The notes beneath the pieces are model-generated. The model saw nothing but the letters and a program-made list of their open reading frames with translations. It was not told the origin of the DNA and searched no databases. Positions 10,078 to 19,289 of a stretch of DNA of 64,000 bases are shown piece by piece. This stretch comes from Nitrospirota bacterium (GTDB taxonomy: Bacteria > Nitrospirota > Nitrospiria > 2-01-FULL-66-17): positions 128,001-192,000 of the forward strand of contig JBMOMC010000002.1 of NCBI GenBank assembly GCA_049325335.1, written 5' to 3'. The position numbers and the translations under genes are program-made. Position 1 is the stretch's first letter. Each line of letters begins with the position of its first letter.

Positions 10078-10947
10078 GTGACTCCGGCACGCGGACCGAT
10101 CGCTCTGATGTGGGGGATAGTGATCGCGTATATCGCGGTCAGCGCTGTGCTGTTTGCGGTGGCTCCCGCGCGTCAAATCTTCGCGCTGATCGTCGCAAGC
10201 GTCGGAGTGGCGTTCCTCCATGGCTCGATGCGCTACGGACTCACGGGCGTGCTGGCGTTCCTCGCGTTGTTTTCGGGCGGCGGTTTTGCGGTGGAGAACT
10301 TCAGCGTGGTTGCAGGACCTCCCTTCGGTCAATACCACTTCACCAACGCGTTTGACCTGCCGATGATCGGCCACGTCCCGCTTGACGTCGGCGTGATGTA
10401 CTTTGCGATGGGCTATCACGCGTGGGTCATCGGCAACGTTTTACTCGATAAGGCCGATGCGCGGTTGGACCAACGGTTCAACCGGATCGCCCTGCCCGTG
10501 GTCGCGGCGTTCGTGATGGTGATGTGGGGGGTGGTGGTGGATCCTGGGAGCGCTACAATCCTGAAGGTTTGGATCTGGCACAACAGCGGCGGCTACTTCG
10601 GGGTCCCGCTGATCAACTATCTCGGCTGGTACGTGGTCGTGTACGCGTTCTTTCAAAGCTTTGCGTGGTACCTGGCCGCTCGGTCCCGACGTGCGCCGAC
10701 CCAAACAAATAATCTTGGCCCGAGCTACTGGCTCCCCCCTGTGGTGCTGTACCTGCTGGTGGTCGTCGGCGCCTTGGTCATGCACGTCGTGTCGCCGAAC
10801 ACCGAGCATCCCGATGCACTGGGTTATGTGTGGCGTAGCCAGGATATCTATGAAACCGCCGCCATCGTCAGTATCTTCACGATGGGATTTGCGGGCGTGT
10901 TAGCCGTGGTGCGACTCTTCCAGCCGCGGCCGGACAACGTTCGATGA
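10078..10947 (+). CDS. Carotenoid-biosynthesis/CruF-like (DUF422) membrane protein
   Basis: G.PFGQYHF, VVDP, WIW..GGYFGVPLINYLGW. Confidence 0.7.
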   Translation: MTPARGPIALMWGIVIAYIAVSAVLFAVAPARQIFALIVASVGVAFLHGSMRYGLTGVLAFLALFSGGGFAVENFSVVAGPPFGQYHFTNAFDLPMIGHVPLDVGVMYFAMGYHAWVIGNVLLDKADARLDQRFNRIALPVVAAFVMVMWGVVVDPGSATILKVWIWHNSGGYFGVPLINYLGWYVVVYAFFQSFAWYLAARSRRAPTQTNNLGPSYWLPPVVLYLLVVVGALVMHVVSPNTEHPDALGYVWRSQDIYETAAIVSIFTMGFAGVLAVVRLFQPRPDNVR

Positions 10948-11481
10948 CCGGCGGTCTCTGTCCGATCCGGACGGCGAGAAGTCGCGAAGCACCGCCGGCC
11001 GCCACGCGGAGTTTGTCACCCGCCAGGTTCCGCGTTCTTCGGCGAACATCAAATCGAATCGATACAGATCCGCGCGCAGGGCGGGGAGGTCGTCCACGCT
11101 AGGAATCGGGCGGCCCGCCATGGCGGCAAACACCGTGGCCGTGGCGTGAGGCGGTTGCGCATCCACGCGATCGATCCGGGTGAGCAGATGGATCGAGTCG
11201 TGCCGGCGAAATTGCATGAAGAGCACGCTGAGGATCGCGCGTTGGTCTTGGCCCGCGTCGTCGCGATACGTGTCGGAGAGCACGTCCTTCAGCCCGCCCA
11301 GGTCCTTGGCTTCCGCGAGCGTTTCGGCGTGCGTGATGGCCGCGCGGATCTGGCCTTCCGGCGAGTCGTCTCCGGATCGGCACGATGCCGCGCTCGCGAC
11401 CATGAGCGCCAGTCCAACCATCGCGAACAACCGACGGCCGAGGCGTGGCTCGTTGTGCCGGGATCGAAATCGGTTCATCAT
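10900..11481 (-). CDS. Putative lipoprotein, NTF2-like fold
   Basis: Hydrophobic stretch ending ASC; C-terminal WRVTNSAWRP; start uncertain. Confidence 0.6.
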   Translation of the reverse strand: MMNRFRSRHNEPRLGRRLFAMVGLALMVASAASCRSGDDSPEGQIRAAITHAETLAEAKDLGGLKDVLSDTYRDDAGQDQRAILSVLFMQFRRHDSIHLLTRIDRVDAQPPHATATVFAAMAGRPIPSVDDLPALRADLYRFDLMFAEERGTWRVTNSAWRPAVLRDFSPSGSDRDRRSSNVVRPRLEESHHG

Positions 11482-11564
11482 CCACCAGTGTAGCGCAGCC
11501 CGGGTGATCGAGCCGCTTTCTTTCCCGGTTTGTGCTGCCGTATCATCATATGGAGTCATCGGCC

Positions 11565-11903
11565 ATGACGTTTTCAACCGCATTCAAGGTGTCCGGCGTG
11601 TTCCTGCTCGCTCTGGGGGCGGAACTCTTGGCCGCGTATTTTTTATTTTCGAACTACGCCTATGACCTGGCCAACACCGGGGAATATACGGTCGAGGAAG
11701 CGTATACCACAGGTCCGATCGGGTCCGCGGCCACCATGTTCTACCTCCTGTTCGGCGTCACCGCGGCCGCCGCGTTAGTCCCGCCGGTGATTGCCGCGGC
11801 GTCGTTCGCGTTCGGACGACGGGACGCGCAGGCCCCGAGCGTGAATCAGTCGTTGCGGGTGTTGCCCCCGCCCCATCCCGATCATAGTGACATCTCTCGC
11901 TAA
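11565..11903 (+). CDS. Small hypothetical membrane protein
   Basis: Two TM segments; GGAG upstream. Confidence 0.5.
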   Translation: MTFSTAFKVSGVFLLALGAELLAAYFLFSNYAYDLANTGEYTVEEAYTTGPIGSAATMFYLLFGVTAAAALVPPVIAAASFAFGRRDAQAPSVNQSLRVLPPPHPDHSDISR

Positions 11904-12042
11904 TCTGTTCGTTTGAGGGTTACCCGCTTGGCGGCGATGTCGTGACGTGCAACGACCGGGGCCCCTTTTCCCCACGAACACCTTGGTTCGTCTTCCCGGT
12001 CGAACCGGCGGGCCGCTGTGCCGACACACCCTGCGGAGGTCC

Positions 12043-12120
12043 TCCGACACGCTCAGGACGAACGGACGTGGCATTGAAATTCCTGCCATGTATCCACTCG
12101 TGGTGAACCCGTCGAACCAC
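12043..12120. repeat. Palindromic miniature repeat, copy 2
   Basis: CCGACACGCTCAGGACGAACGG...CTCGTGGTGAACCCGTCGAACCAC matches 3545-3609. Confidence 0.75.
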
Positions 12121-12383
12121 ACTTAAGACCTTCGTCAGCACTCTACTAAACACGGTCGAGAATCAGGCTCGCGTTGCATTCCGTGAGGCTGCGCGCTACA
12201 GTACGGCCTCGGTTGAATCGCTTCGACAGGTGACGCCATGGTTGTCACGTCGCTCCCGCAGGTCGCGTGGGGCTCTTCCCGATCGCCCCCCCGCAGGGGG
12301 GGACCCTTCCTCCGTCGACTCGCGCGCACAGGATGTCACGCTGACGGTCCCACCCCACCCACCTCGCCGAAAGGAGTAGAACG

Positions 12384-14951
12384 ATGGCCACATCCCCGAG
12401 ACCGCAGGACACCGACTTTACCAAAGACGTACAAGGCCGTTATCTGTGTAATGGATTGGACGAAGCGTTGGCGAGCGGAAACCCGGAACGGTATCCCGGG
12501 GCGCGGCCGTTCGACGTCATTATTCTGGGCGGGGGGTCATTCGGCGCCGTCGTCGCGCAGCACCTGTTTGCGCGGGACGCCACGCGCCGTCACCGGATCT
12601 TGGTGTTGGAGGGCGGACCGTTTGTCCTCCCCGAACATATTCAGAACATGCCGCTCGCGGGGCTGAATCCGGCCTCCGCCACCAGCATTGCGGATCTGCG
12701 CCAAGCCGGGATGGACGGCATGGCGCGCAACGAGGTCTGGGGGCTGGCCTGGCATTCCGATCATAAATTCCCGGGCCTTGCCTACTGTCTGGGCGGACGG
12801 TCCTTGTACTTCGGCGGGTGGTCACCGCGATTGCTCGACGCCGAGATGCCCATGCCTCCGTGGCCGCCCGAGGTCGTGGCCGCGCTCAAGGGTCAATATT
12901 TCGACGAGGCTGCCCGGCAAATCGGCACCAATATCACCAACGACTTTATCAACGGCCCGTTACACGAGGCGTTGCGGGAGCGCGTGTACGACGGCCTCCG
13001 GGCTGATGAGATCACGGACGCGATGCCGCTTGATGGATTGCCGCTTGAACTCGATGACGCCCCCGGCCTTGATCCCGACTTGGCGAAACTGGACGCCCCG
13101 CTTGCGGTCCAAAGCGCCTCGCGGTCAGGATTTTTCCCCTTCAATAAGTTCTCCAGCATCCCGCTGCTGATGAAGGCGGCGCGTGAGGCGTATGCCGAAT
13201 CCGGCGGTGATGATTCCAAAAAGCGCCTCATGATCGTTCCGAATTGCCACATCACCCGTCTCGTCACCGCGGGCGGGCGAGTGACGGCGGTGGAGACCAA
13301 CCGCGGTCCGGTCGCGCTTCCCCCGGAGGGGATCGTGGTGATGGCGTTGGGCACGATCGAGAACGCGCGCCTGGCGCTGGTGTCGTTTCCGAACGCGCCC
13401 AGCTCCGCGCTGATCGGGAAGAATTTGATGGCGCACCTGCGGTCCAATCTCACGATCCGCATCCCGCGGACCGCGCTGCCCATCGAGGCCTCGATCAACG
13501 AGCTCCAGGCTTCGGCCCTCTTCGTCAAGGGACGGCATCAACATACCGACGGGTCCGCCGGGTTTTTTCACGTGCAGATCACGGCGTCGGGGTTGTCCGC
13601 GATCGGGGTGGATTCCGAGCGGGAGTTGTTCCGGAAGATCCCGGATCTTGACGGGTTCGACGCGTTCCGCGCGGTGACCGACACGCACGTGGTCGTCACC
13701 ATCCGCGGCATCGGCGAGATGGAGGCGGGCAATCCCCGCAGCGCGGTCACGCTGGACGCCGAGTCCGATGAATTCGGCATCCGGCGCGCGTTTGTGGCGC
13801 TCGCCCCGACGACCAAAGATCAGGCCCTGTGGGATGCGGTGGATCGGGCGAGCGACGACGTCGCGTTGGTCCTGGCGAACGGGTCGTCCTATGAAGTACA
13901 AGCCGAAGCGGGATTTCTCCCGGTTGCTGCCGGTCAAGCGGCGTCCACGGTGTTGGCGCCGGCGAGACGGCGTGACGGCTTAGGGACGACGCACCACGAG
14001 GCCGGAACCCTCTGGATGGGCGACCATCCCGCGACCTCGGTGACGAACGCCGACGGTCGGCTGCACGACGTGGTCAATGCCTACGTGGTAGGCCCCGCGC
14101 TCTTTCCCACCATCGGCTCGCCGAATCCGATGTTGACCGGCGTGGCGTTGGCGCGGCGACTCGCGGACCAGGTCACGATCGAGGCTATTCCGTCGATCGA
14201 GGCCGGGTTCGAGGCGTTGTTCGACGGGACCGACCGCTCGTTTCAGGCGTGGCAGGCCGTGGGGGCCGGGCGGTTCTCCTTGATCGACGGTACCATCGTG
14301 GCCGAACCCGGCGGCGATCTTGGTCTGTTGTACTACGCGGCCAAACGATACAATGACTTCACGCTTACTCTCGAATTTCGCCTCGAGACCGTCAACGACA
14401 ACTCGGGTATTTTCGTTCGGTTCCACGATCCGCGCCGGCTGGTGCCCGACCGCCGGGATCCAACCACGATGCATCGGTACCACAATCAAGCGTGGGTGGC
14501 GGTGGACACCGGGTTTGAGGTGCAGATCGACGAGCGCGCGTTGCAGGAGGACCAACGAACCGGCGCGATCTATGCCGTTCCGATCGGCGCGTCGCCTGGT
14601 CAGCAAATCTACACCCGAGCCGCTGCCCTGCGACGGGGCGAATGGAATACCTATGAGATTCAGGTGAACGGTGATGTGTATACCGTGCGTCTGAACGGCG
14701 TGCAAACCACGCGGATGACGAATCGGGACTCGTATCGCGGCAAGTCATCGGCCCAAGACGCGGCCTCGGGCTACATCGGGCTTCAAGCCCACACCGGGCG
14801 CGTGGCGTTTCGGGCGATCAACATCCGGCCGGAGCCCCCGACCGCGCCGACGAAGACCGAGGAAGAGGTGTACGTCGAAGTCACGCGGGCTCAGGCGCGG
14901 CAACAAAAGACCGGCGCGTCCGGTCGCGTCGGGGAGGGGAAGAAACTCTAG
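12384..14951 (+). CDS. GMC oxidoreductase fused to a C-terminal DUF1080 (3-keto-disaccharide hydrolase-like) domain
   Basis: ILGGGSFG FAD motif, HHEAGTLWMG and SPNPMLT catalytic segments; then NSGIFVR, GFEVQID, TGAIY, GEWNTYEI, GYIGLQAH; AAGGAG RBS. Confidence 0.85.
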   Translation: MATSPRPQDTDFTKDVQGRYLCNGLDEALASGNPERYPGARPFDVIILGGGSFGAVVAQHLFARDATRRHRILVLEGGPFVLPEHIQNMPLAGLNPASATSIADLRQAGMDGMARNEVWGLAWHSDHKFPGLAYCLGGRSLYFGGWSPRLLDAEMPMPPWPPEVVAALKGQYFDEAARQIGTNITNDFINGPLHEALRERVYDGLRADEITDAMPLDGLPLELDDAPGLDPDLAKLDAPLAVQSASRSGFFPFNKFSSIPLLMKAAREAYAESGGDDSKKRLMIVPNCHITRLVTAGGRVTAVETNRGPVALPPEGIVVMALGTIENARLALVSFPNAPSSALIGKNLMAHLRSNLTIRIPRTALPIEASINELQASALFVKGRHQHTDGSAGFFHVQITASGLSAIGVDSERELFRKIPDLDGFDAFRAVTDTHVVVTIRGIGEMEAGNPRSAVTLDAESDEFGIRRAFVALAPTTKDQALWDAVDRASDDVALVLANGSSYEVQAEAGFLPVAAGQAASTVLAPARRRDGLGTTHHEAGTLWMGDHPATSVTNADGRLHDVVNAYVVGPALFPTIGSPNPMLTGVALARRLADQVTIEAIPSIEAGFEALFDGTDRSFQAWQAVGAGRFSLIDGTIVAEPGGDLGLLYYAAKRYNDFTLTLEFRLETVNDNSGIFVRFHDPRRLVPDRRDPTTMHRYHNQAWVAVDTGFEVQIDERALQEDQRTGAIYAVPIGASPGQQIYTRAAALRRGEWNTYEIQVNGDVYTVRLNGVQTTRMTNRDSYRGKSSAQDAASGYIGLQAHTGRVAFRAINIRPEPPTAPTKTEEEVYVEVTRAQARQQKTGASGRVGEGKKL

Positions 14952-15037
14952 GTCCCCGCTGCCGGCCGAGTCGTGGGATCCGCGGCGGGGTGCGCGATCG
15001 CACACCCCGCCGCATGGCCCCGGCGTCGGGACGCGGG

Positions 15038-16786
15038 TCAGCGGTGAGCGGGCGTCGGCGGGTCTGCCATCTCAAGGTTGGCTCCGGCATCGGCATGATG
15101 GGGATCACGCGCCAGCGCGTCGCGGAACGCGCTGGCGGCTTCGGCCATGCGGCCTTGTTGCGCAAGCGTGACGCCGAGGCTGTTGTATAAATCCGGGTTC
15201 GGGGCGAGGCGAACCGCTTCACGGTATTGAACTTCGGCCTCCGGCCATCGATGTTCCGTCGCGAGCAGGTCGCCGAGGTGCGCGTGCGCGGTGGCGTCGG
15301 TCGGGTCCAGGGAAATTCCATGAAGGTATGATTTGATCGCTTCAGCGGTTCGTCCCTGTTTGGCCAGGGTCAGGCCTCGGTTAAAGTGTGCATTGGACGA
15401 ACGCGGGTTGAGCCGGATGGCGAGGTCGAACTCTTGGAGGGCCGAGTCGTAGCGCTTCTCATGGTAGGCCGCGAGCCCTAAGTTGATCCGCGCGTGATAG
15501 GACGTGGGGTCAACCGCCACGGCGCGCGTCCACAGCGCGCTGGGGTTCTTCCACGCGTGGGCGAGTTGCCAGGACAATGCGCCGAAGAGGATGATCACGC
15601 CGACCGCCGATACGCTCAATCCCCTCGCGAGCCGCGGCGTGCCGCGCGTTCGGACGGTGAGCAACCCGACGCCCAGCGCCACGGCCAATGGCGCCCCCGC
15701 AAAGTAGCTGTACCGGTCAGCCACAAGCTGGTCTCCTTGACGGATCAGACCCAGAACCGGCGCGAGCAGGATCAGGTACGCGAGCGCGCAGGCCGCCGCG
15801 CCTCTGGCGCGTTGTCCGGCCCAGATCACGATGGTCCCCGCCGACACGAGGCCGGCCGCGGCGAGCACAACGCGCGGTTCGTAGGGGTCGAACGGCTGCG
15901 GAAGAGGGGTAAACACCGTGAGGTTGATCGGGAGCACGGTTTTGATCGTGTAGTACGCGATGCCGTAACAGGCCTGGGACAGTCGGTCGATCACATCGTA
16001 TCGCGACGACGAGGCCGGCCCCAATTGCGCGCGAGCCAAGGGGGCCGCGGCCGCGACCAGAGCCGCGGGCACGGCGTAGGGGAGCGCGGACAGCCACGGC
16101 GTCCACGTGCGCCATCGAGCGGTCTCGCGCGGCGAGAGATACCAGTCGAGCAGGAGAATGATCGCCGGCAACGTGATGGCCACGGGTTTGGCCAGGTACG
16201 CGCAGACCGCAAGCGCCACCGACACCCATGACCACCGCGCGGCCGATGAGCCGGAGGGCTGCCGGTCGTCGCGCGCGCGCCACCATGCAAGGAGCGAACC
16301 GAGGGCGAATACCGCGGCCAACGGATACCCCTGGGCCGAGGCCCAGGCCACGGGTTCCACCCGGAGGGGGTGGATCGCCCACAGGAGCGCGGCGGCCGCG
16401 GCCGCGGAGGTTGCGGCGTCGGGACGCTGCGGCGCGAGACGCACGAAGAGCCGCCGCGACAACGCGTAGAGCAACCAGGCGGCCACCGCGTGCAGCAGCC
16501 ATGATCCCGCGTGGTATACCCATGGCTCGACGCCGCCCACGGAATACTCAACGGCGGCGAGCACCCAGGCCAGCGGCTGATACACGCCGCGGTGGAATGT
16601 CGTCGCCATCCACGTTAGATGCGTCCCGCTCAAGCCTCGATACGACGGGTTCGTCACGAAGTTGGCCTGGTCGTCCCAATCGATAAATCCATTGGACCGA
16701 ACCGGGGAGAAGACCGCGAACGTGAGGCAGACGATCAGAATCGGCCACGCGATCCCCCGAATCCGTTGCGGAGAGGGCGACGTCAC
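15038..16786 (-). CDS. TMTC-like GT-C membrane glycosyltransferase with C-terminal TPRs (paralog 2)
   Basis: WDD, YQPL, HPLRVEPVAW, ADRYSY; many TMs followed by TPRs. Confidence 0.8.
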   Translation of the reverse strand: MTSPSPQRIRGIAWPILIVCLTFAVFSPVRSNGFIDWDDQANFVTNPSYRGLSGTHLTWMATTFHRGVYQPLAWVLAAVEYSVGGVEPWVYHAGSWLLHAVAAWLLYALSRRLFVRLAPQRPDAATSAAAAAALLWAIHPLRVEPVAWASAQGYPLAAVFALGSLLAWWRARDDRQPSGSSAARWSWVSVALAVCAYLAKPVAITLPAIILLLDWYLSPRETARWRTWTPWLSALPYAVPAALVAAAAPLARAQLGPASSSRYDVIDRLSQACYGIAYYTIKTVLPINLTVFTPLPQPFDPYEPRVVLAAAGLVSAGTIVIWAGQRARGAAACALAYLILLAPVLGLIRQGDQLVADRYSYFAGAPLAVALGVGLLTVRTRGTPRLARGLSVSAVGVIILFGALSWQLAHAWKNPSALWTRAVAVDPTSYHARINLGLAAYHEKRYDSALQEFDLAIRLNPRSSNAHFNRGLTLAKQGRTAEAIKSYLHGISLDPTDATAHAHLGDLLATEHRWPEAEVQYREAVRLAPNPDLYNSLGVTLAQQGRMAEAASAFRDALARDPHHADAGANLEMADPPTPAHR

Positions 16787-18585
16787 GGGACACCCGTCGG
16801 TTCGTCGGGTGCTGGTGCGCGACCGGTCGCCCCGTGGGCCGGCGCCATGCGGAGATTGGCTCCGGCTTCTTCGTGCGTCGGGTCCAACCGCAAGGCCTCA
16901 CGAAACGCGGCCGCGGCCTCCTCGAATCGTCCCTGCTGCGCTAGTGTGACGCCCAGACTGTTCAAGAGGTCGGGGTGAGCAACCAGACTCAGGGCGAGTC
17001 GGTATTCACGTTCAGCCGCGACAAGATCGCCGCGCCGAGCGAGCAACTCGCCGAGGTGCGCGTGTCCGGTCGCGTCAGTCGGCCGCAACTCCAGGCCGCG
17101 TTGATACGCGGTAATCGCCTCGTCGAGGCGGTTCAACCTGGCGAGCGCCAGTCCGGCGCTCAGGCGCGCGTTGGCGTTGTCGGGAGCGAGCGCGGCCGCG
17201 GCGTCGAAGTGGCCGATCGCCTCGGCATGTCGGCCCGCGGCGGCCAAGGCCGCGCCCAATCGCAGGTGGGCGCGCGCCGAACGCGGGTTCGCGGTCACGG
17301 CCTGGGTCCAGAAGCGCAAGGGATCGATGGTCGCCGTGTGTCGAAACAACGTCGCGGAATCTCTCCAGATCGCGGTCCGTTGCCACGTCGCCGCGCCCCA
17401 TGTCGTCAGGAGCGCCATCGCGCCGATGAGGAGACTGATCCGCGCAACGGGCCGACCGCCCACGCGGCGCCACGCGGACAGACCGCCCGCCGAGACCGCG
17501 ATCGCGAGCGGAATGCCCGCGAAGTACGCGTAGCGATCCGCCACGAGTTGCGCGCCCTGGGGAATCAGCCCCAACACGGGCAGCAGCAGCGCCACGTAAC
17601 AGGCGAGCGCGACCGTGACCCCGGGCGCGGCGCGGCGAAGCCTCCACGCGCCGATCGCGAGGCCCGCGACGAGTAGTCCGCTGACGAGAAAGCGCGGCTC
17701 CAACGGATTCATATCCGGCGCAAGCGGCACGTAAAACGAGAGCCCGACCGGCGCGACCGTTTTGCCGAGATAGTAGGCGAGGCCGTAGCCCGCTTGGGCA
17801 AACCGTGCGCCGAGCCGATAGTCATCTTCGATCGTGCCAAGGGTCGCCCGAGCCCATGGCGCGATTCCGGCGATCAGCGCGGCCGGGACCACGTACGGCC
17901 ACTTCTCGATCCAGACCGACCAGGGGCGATCGGTCGCGGCGAAGCGCCGCAACGGGTACCAATCGAGCAGCAGGAGCACCACCGGCAACGTGACTGCGAC
18001 CGGCTTCGCGAGATACGCGAGCGCGGCCGCGGCGACCGACACCCCCATCCACCGTGCGCGTTCGGCCGGAGGAACCGCGCCGGTGTGGAGATACGCGGTC
18101 ACCGATGCGAGCACGAATACGCCCGCGAGCGGGTACCCTTGCGCGGAGGCCCAGGCCACGGCCTCCACCCGCAGCGGGTGGAGCGCCCAGAGCAGGGCCG
18201 CGCAGACCGCGGCGAGGCGCAGCGCGCCCGCGTTCGGGGCTAAGCCCGCGAGGATCTGTTTGGACACGACGTACACCATCGCGGCCGCGGCCGCGTGCAG
18301 CGTCCACGATCCCGCGTGGTACGCGGCCGGCTGTAGTCCGCCGACCGTGTATTCGACGGCCGCGACCAGCCAGGACAATGGTTGATACACACCCAAGTGC
18401 ATGGTCGTGACCATCCACGCGAGGTGCGCCCATTCCAACCCGCGATACGACGGGTTGTCCACGAAGTTGTCCTGGTCGTCCCACTCCACAAAGTCGTTGC
18501 CCAACACCGGCGCGAAGGCCGCGAGCGCGGCCAGGACGACGGTCAGCGGCGCGGCCACACGGACGAGTCGGTCTTTCGGGATCAT
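16783..18585 (-). CDS. TMTC-like GT-C membrane glycosyltransferase with C-terminal TPRs (paralog 1)
   Basis: WDD, YQPL, HPLRVEAVAW, ADRYAY; TPRs; ATGA overlap with the upstream GT2 gene. Confidence 0.8.
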   Translation of the reverse strand: MIPKDRLVRVAAPLTVVLAALAAFAPVLGNDFVEWDDQDNFVDNPSYRGLEWAHLAWMVTTMHLGVYQPLSWLVAAVEYTVGGLQPAAYHAGSWTLHAAAAAMVYVVSKQILAGLAPNAGALRLAAVCAALLWALHPLRVEAVAWASAQGYPLAGVFVLASVTAYLHTGAVPPAERARWMGVSVAAAALAYLAKPVAVTLPVVLLLLDWYPLRRFAATDRPWSVWIEKWPYVVPAALIAGIAPWARATLGTIEDDYRLGARFAQAGYGLAYYLGKTVAPVGLSFYVPLAPDMNPLEPRFLVSGLLVAGLAIGAWRLRRAAPGVTVALACYVALLLPVLGLIPQGAQLVADRYAYFAGIPLAIAVSAGGLSAWRRVGGRPVARISLLIGAMALLTTWGAATWQRTAIWRDSATLFRHTATIDPLRFWTQAVTANPRSARAHLRLGAALAAAGRHAEAIGHFDAAAALAPDNANARLSAGLALARLNRLDEAITAYQRGLELRPTDATGHAHLGELLARRGDLVAAEREYRLALSLVAHPDLLNSLGVTLAQQGRFEEAAAAFREALRLDPTHEEAGANLRMAPAHGATGRAPAPDEPTGVP

Positions 18586-19289
18586 CCGCGACGTCGGAGG
18601 GCCCAGACCGCGAGGAAGGCCTCTTTCGCGCTGTTGTAGCGCACCTTGGAGTGGCCTCGGGTGCGTTCCCGAAACACGATGGGGATCTCGACGACCGAAA
18701 ATCCGCGGCGCAAGACGGCGCAGACGCCCTGGACTTGGAAAATGTAGCCGTTGGCCGGCGCTCCCGCGTCCAGCACGGCTTGCAGCGCGGGTCGGCGGAA
18801 ACACTTATAACCCGCGGTCCAATCGCGCACCCGCGCGCCGAGCAAGGCGCGCGCGTACAGGTTGGCGGCCGCGCTCAACGCGAAGCGGTGCCACGGCCAG
18901 CCTTCGATTCGCGCGCCCGGTACGTAACGCGAGCCGATAGCCAAGTCCGCGCCGCGCCGCGTTGCCTCGACCAGGCGCGGCAGGTCCGCGGGGTCGTGCG
19001 AGAAATCGCAGTCCATTTCGATCATTTCGTCGTACCCCCGTTCGATCGCCCAGTGAAATCCGGCGTGGTACGCGGGGCCCAACCCCTCTTTGGCGGACCG
19101 GTGCAGCACGCGCACGCGGGGGGACCGGTCGGCGAGCGCGTCGGCCAACGCGCCGGTGCCGTCCGGTGAGGCGTCGTCGACGATCAGGACGTCCCCGTCG
19201 GGCAAGGCCGCGAGCGCAGCGGTCACTACGGGTTCGATGTTCTCGCGTTCGTTATACGTCGGGACGATCACCACCGTGCGCGGGTTCAT
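18582..19289 (-). CDS. Polyprenol-phosphate mannose synthase (Dpm1/Ppm1-like GT2)
   Basis: IVPTYNERENI, VDDASPDGTG, EMDCDFSHDP, IGSRYVPG, FRERTRGHSK. Confidence 0.9.
   Translation of the reverse strand: MNPRTVVIVPTYNERENIEPVVTAALAALPDGDVLIVDDASPDGTGALADALADRSPRVRVLHRSAKEGLGPAYHAGFHWAIERGYDEMIEMDCDFSHDPADLPRLVEATRRGADLAIGSRYVPGARIEGWPWHRFALSAAANLYARALLGARVRDWTAGYKCFRRPALQAVLDAGAPANGYIFQVQGVCAVLRRGFSVVEIPIVFRERTRGHSKVRYNSAKEAFLAVWALRRRG

Noticed and set aside
12130..12370. Possible structured leader upstream of the GMC gene
   Set aside because: Only a short C/G hairpin (CCCCCC-GCA-GGGGGG) is evident, which is not enough to call an ncRNA.
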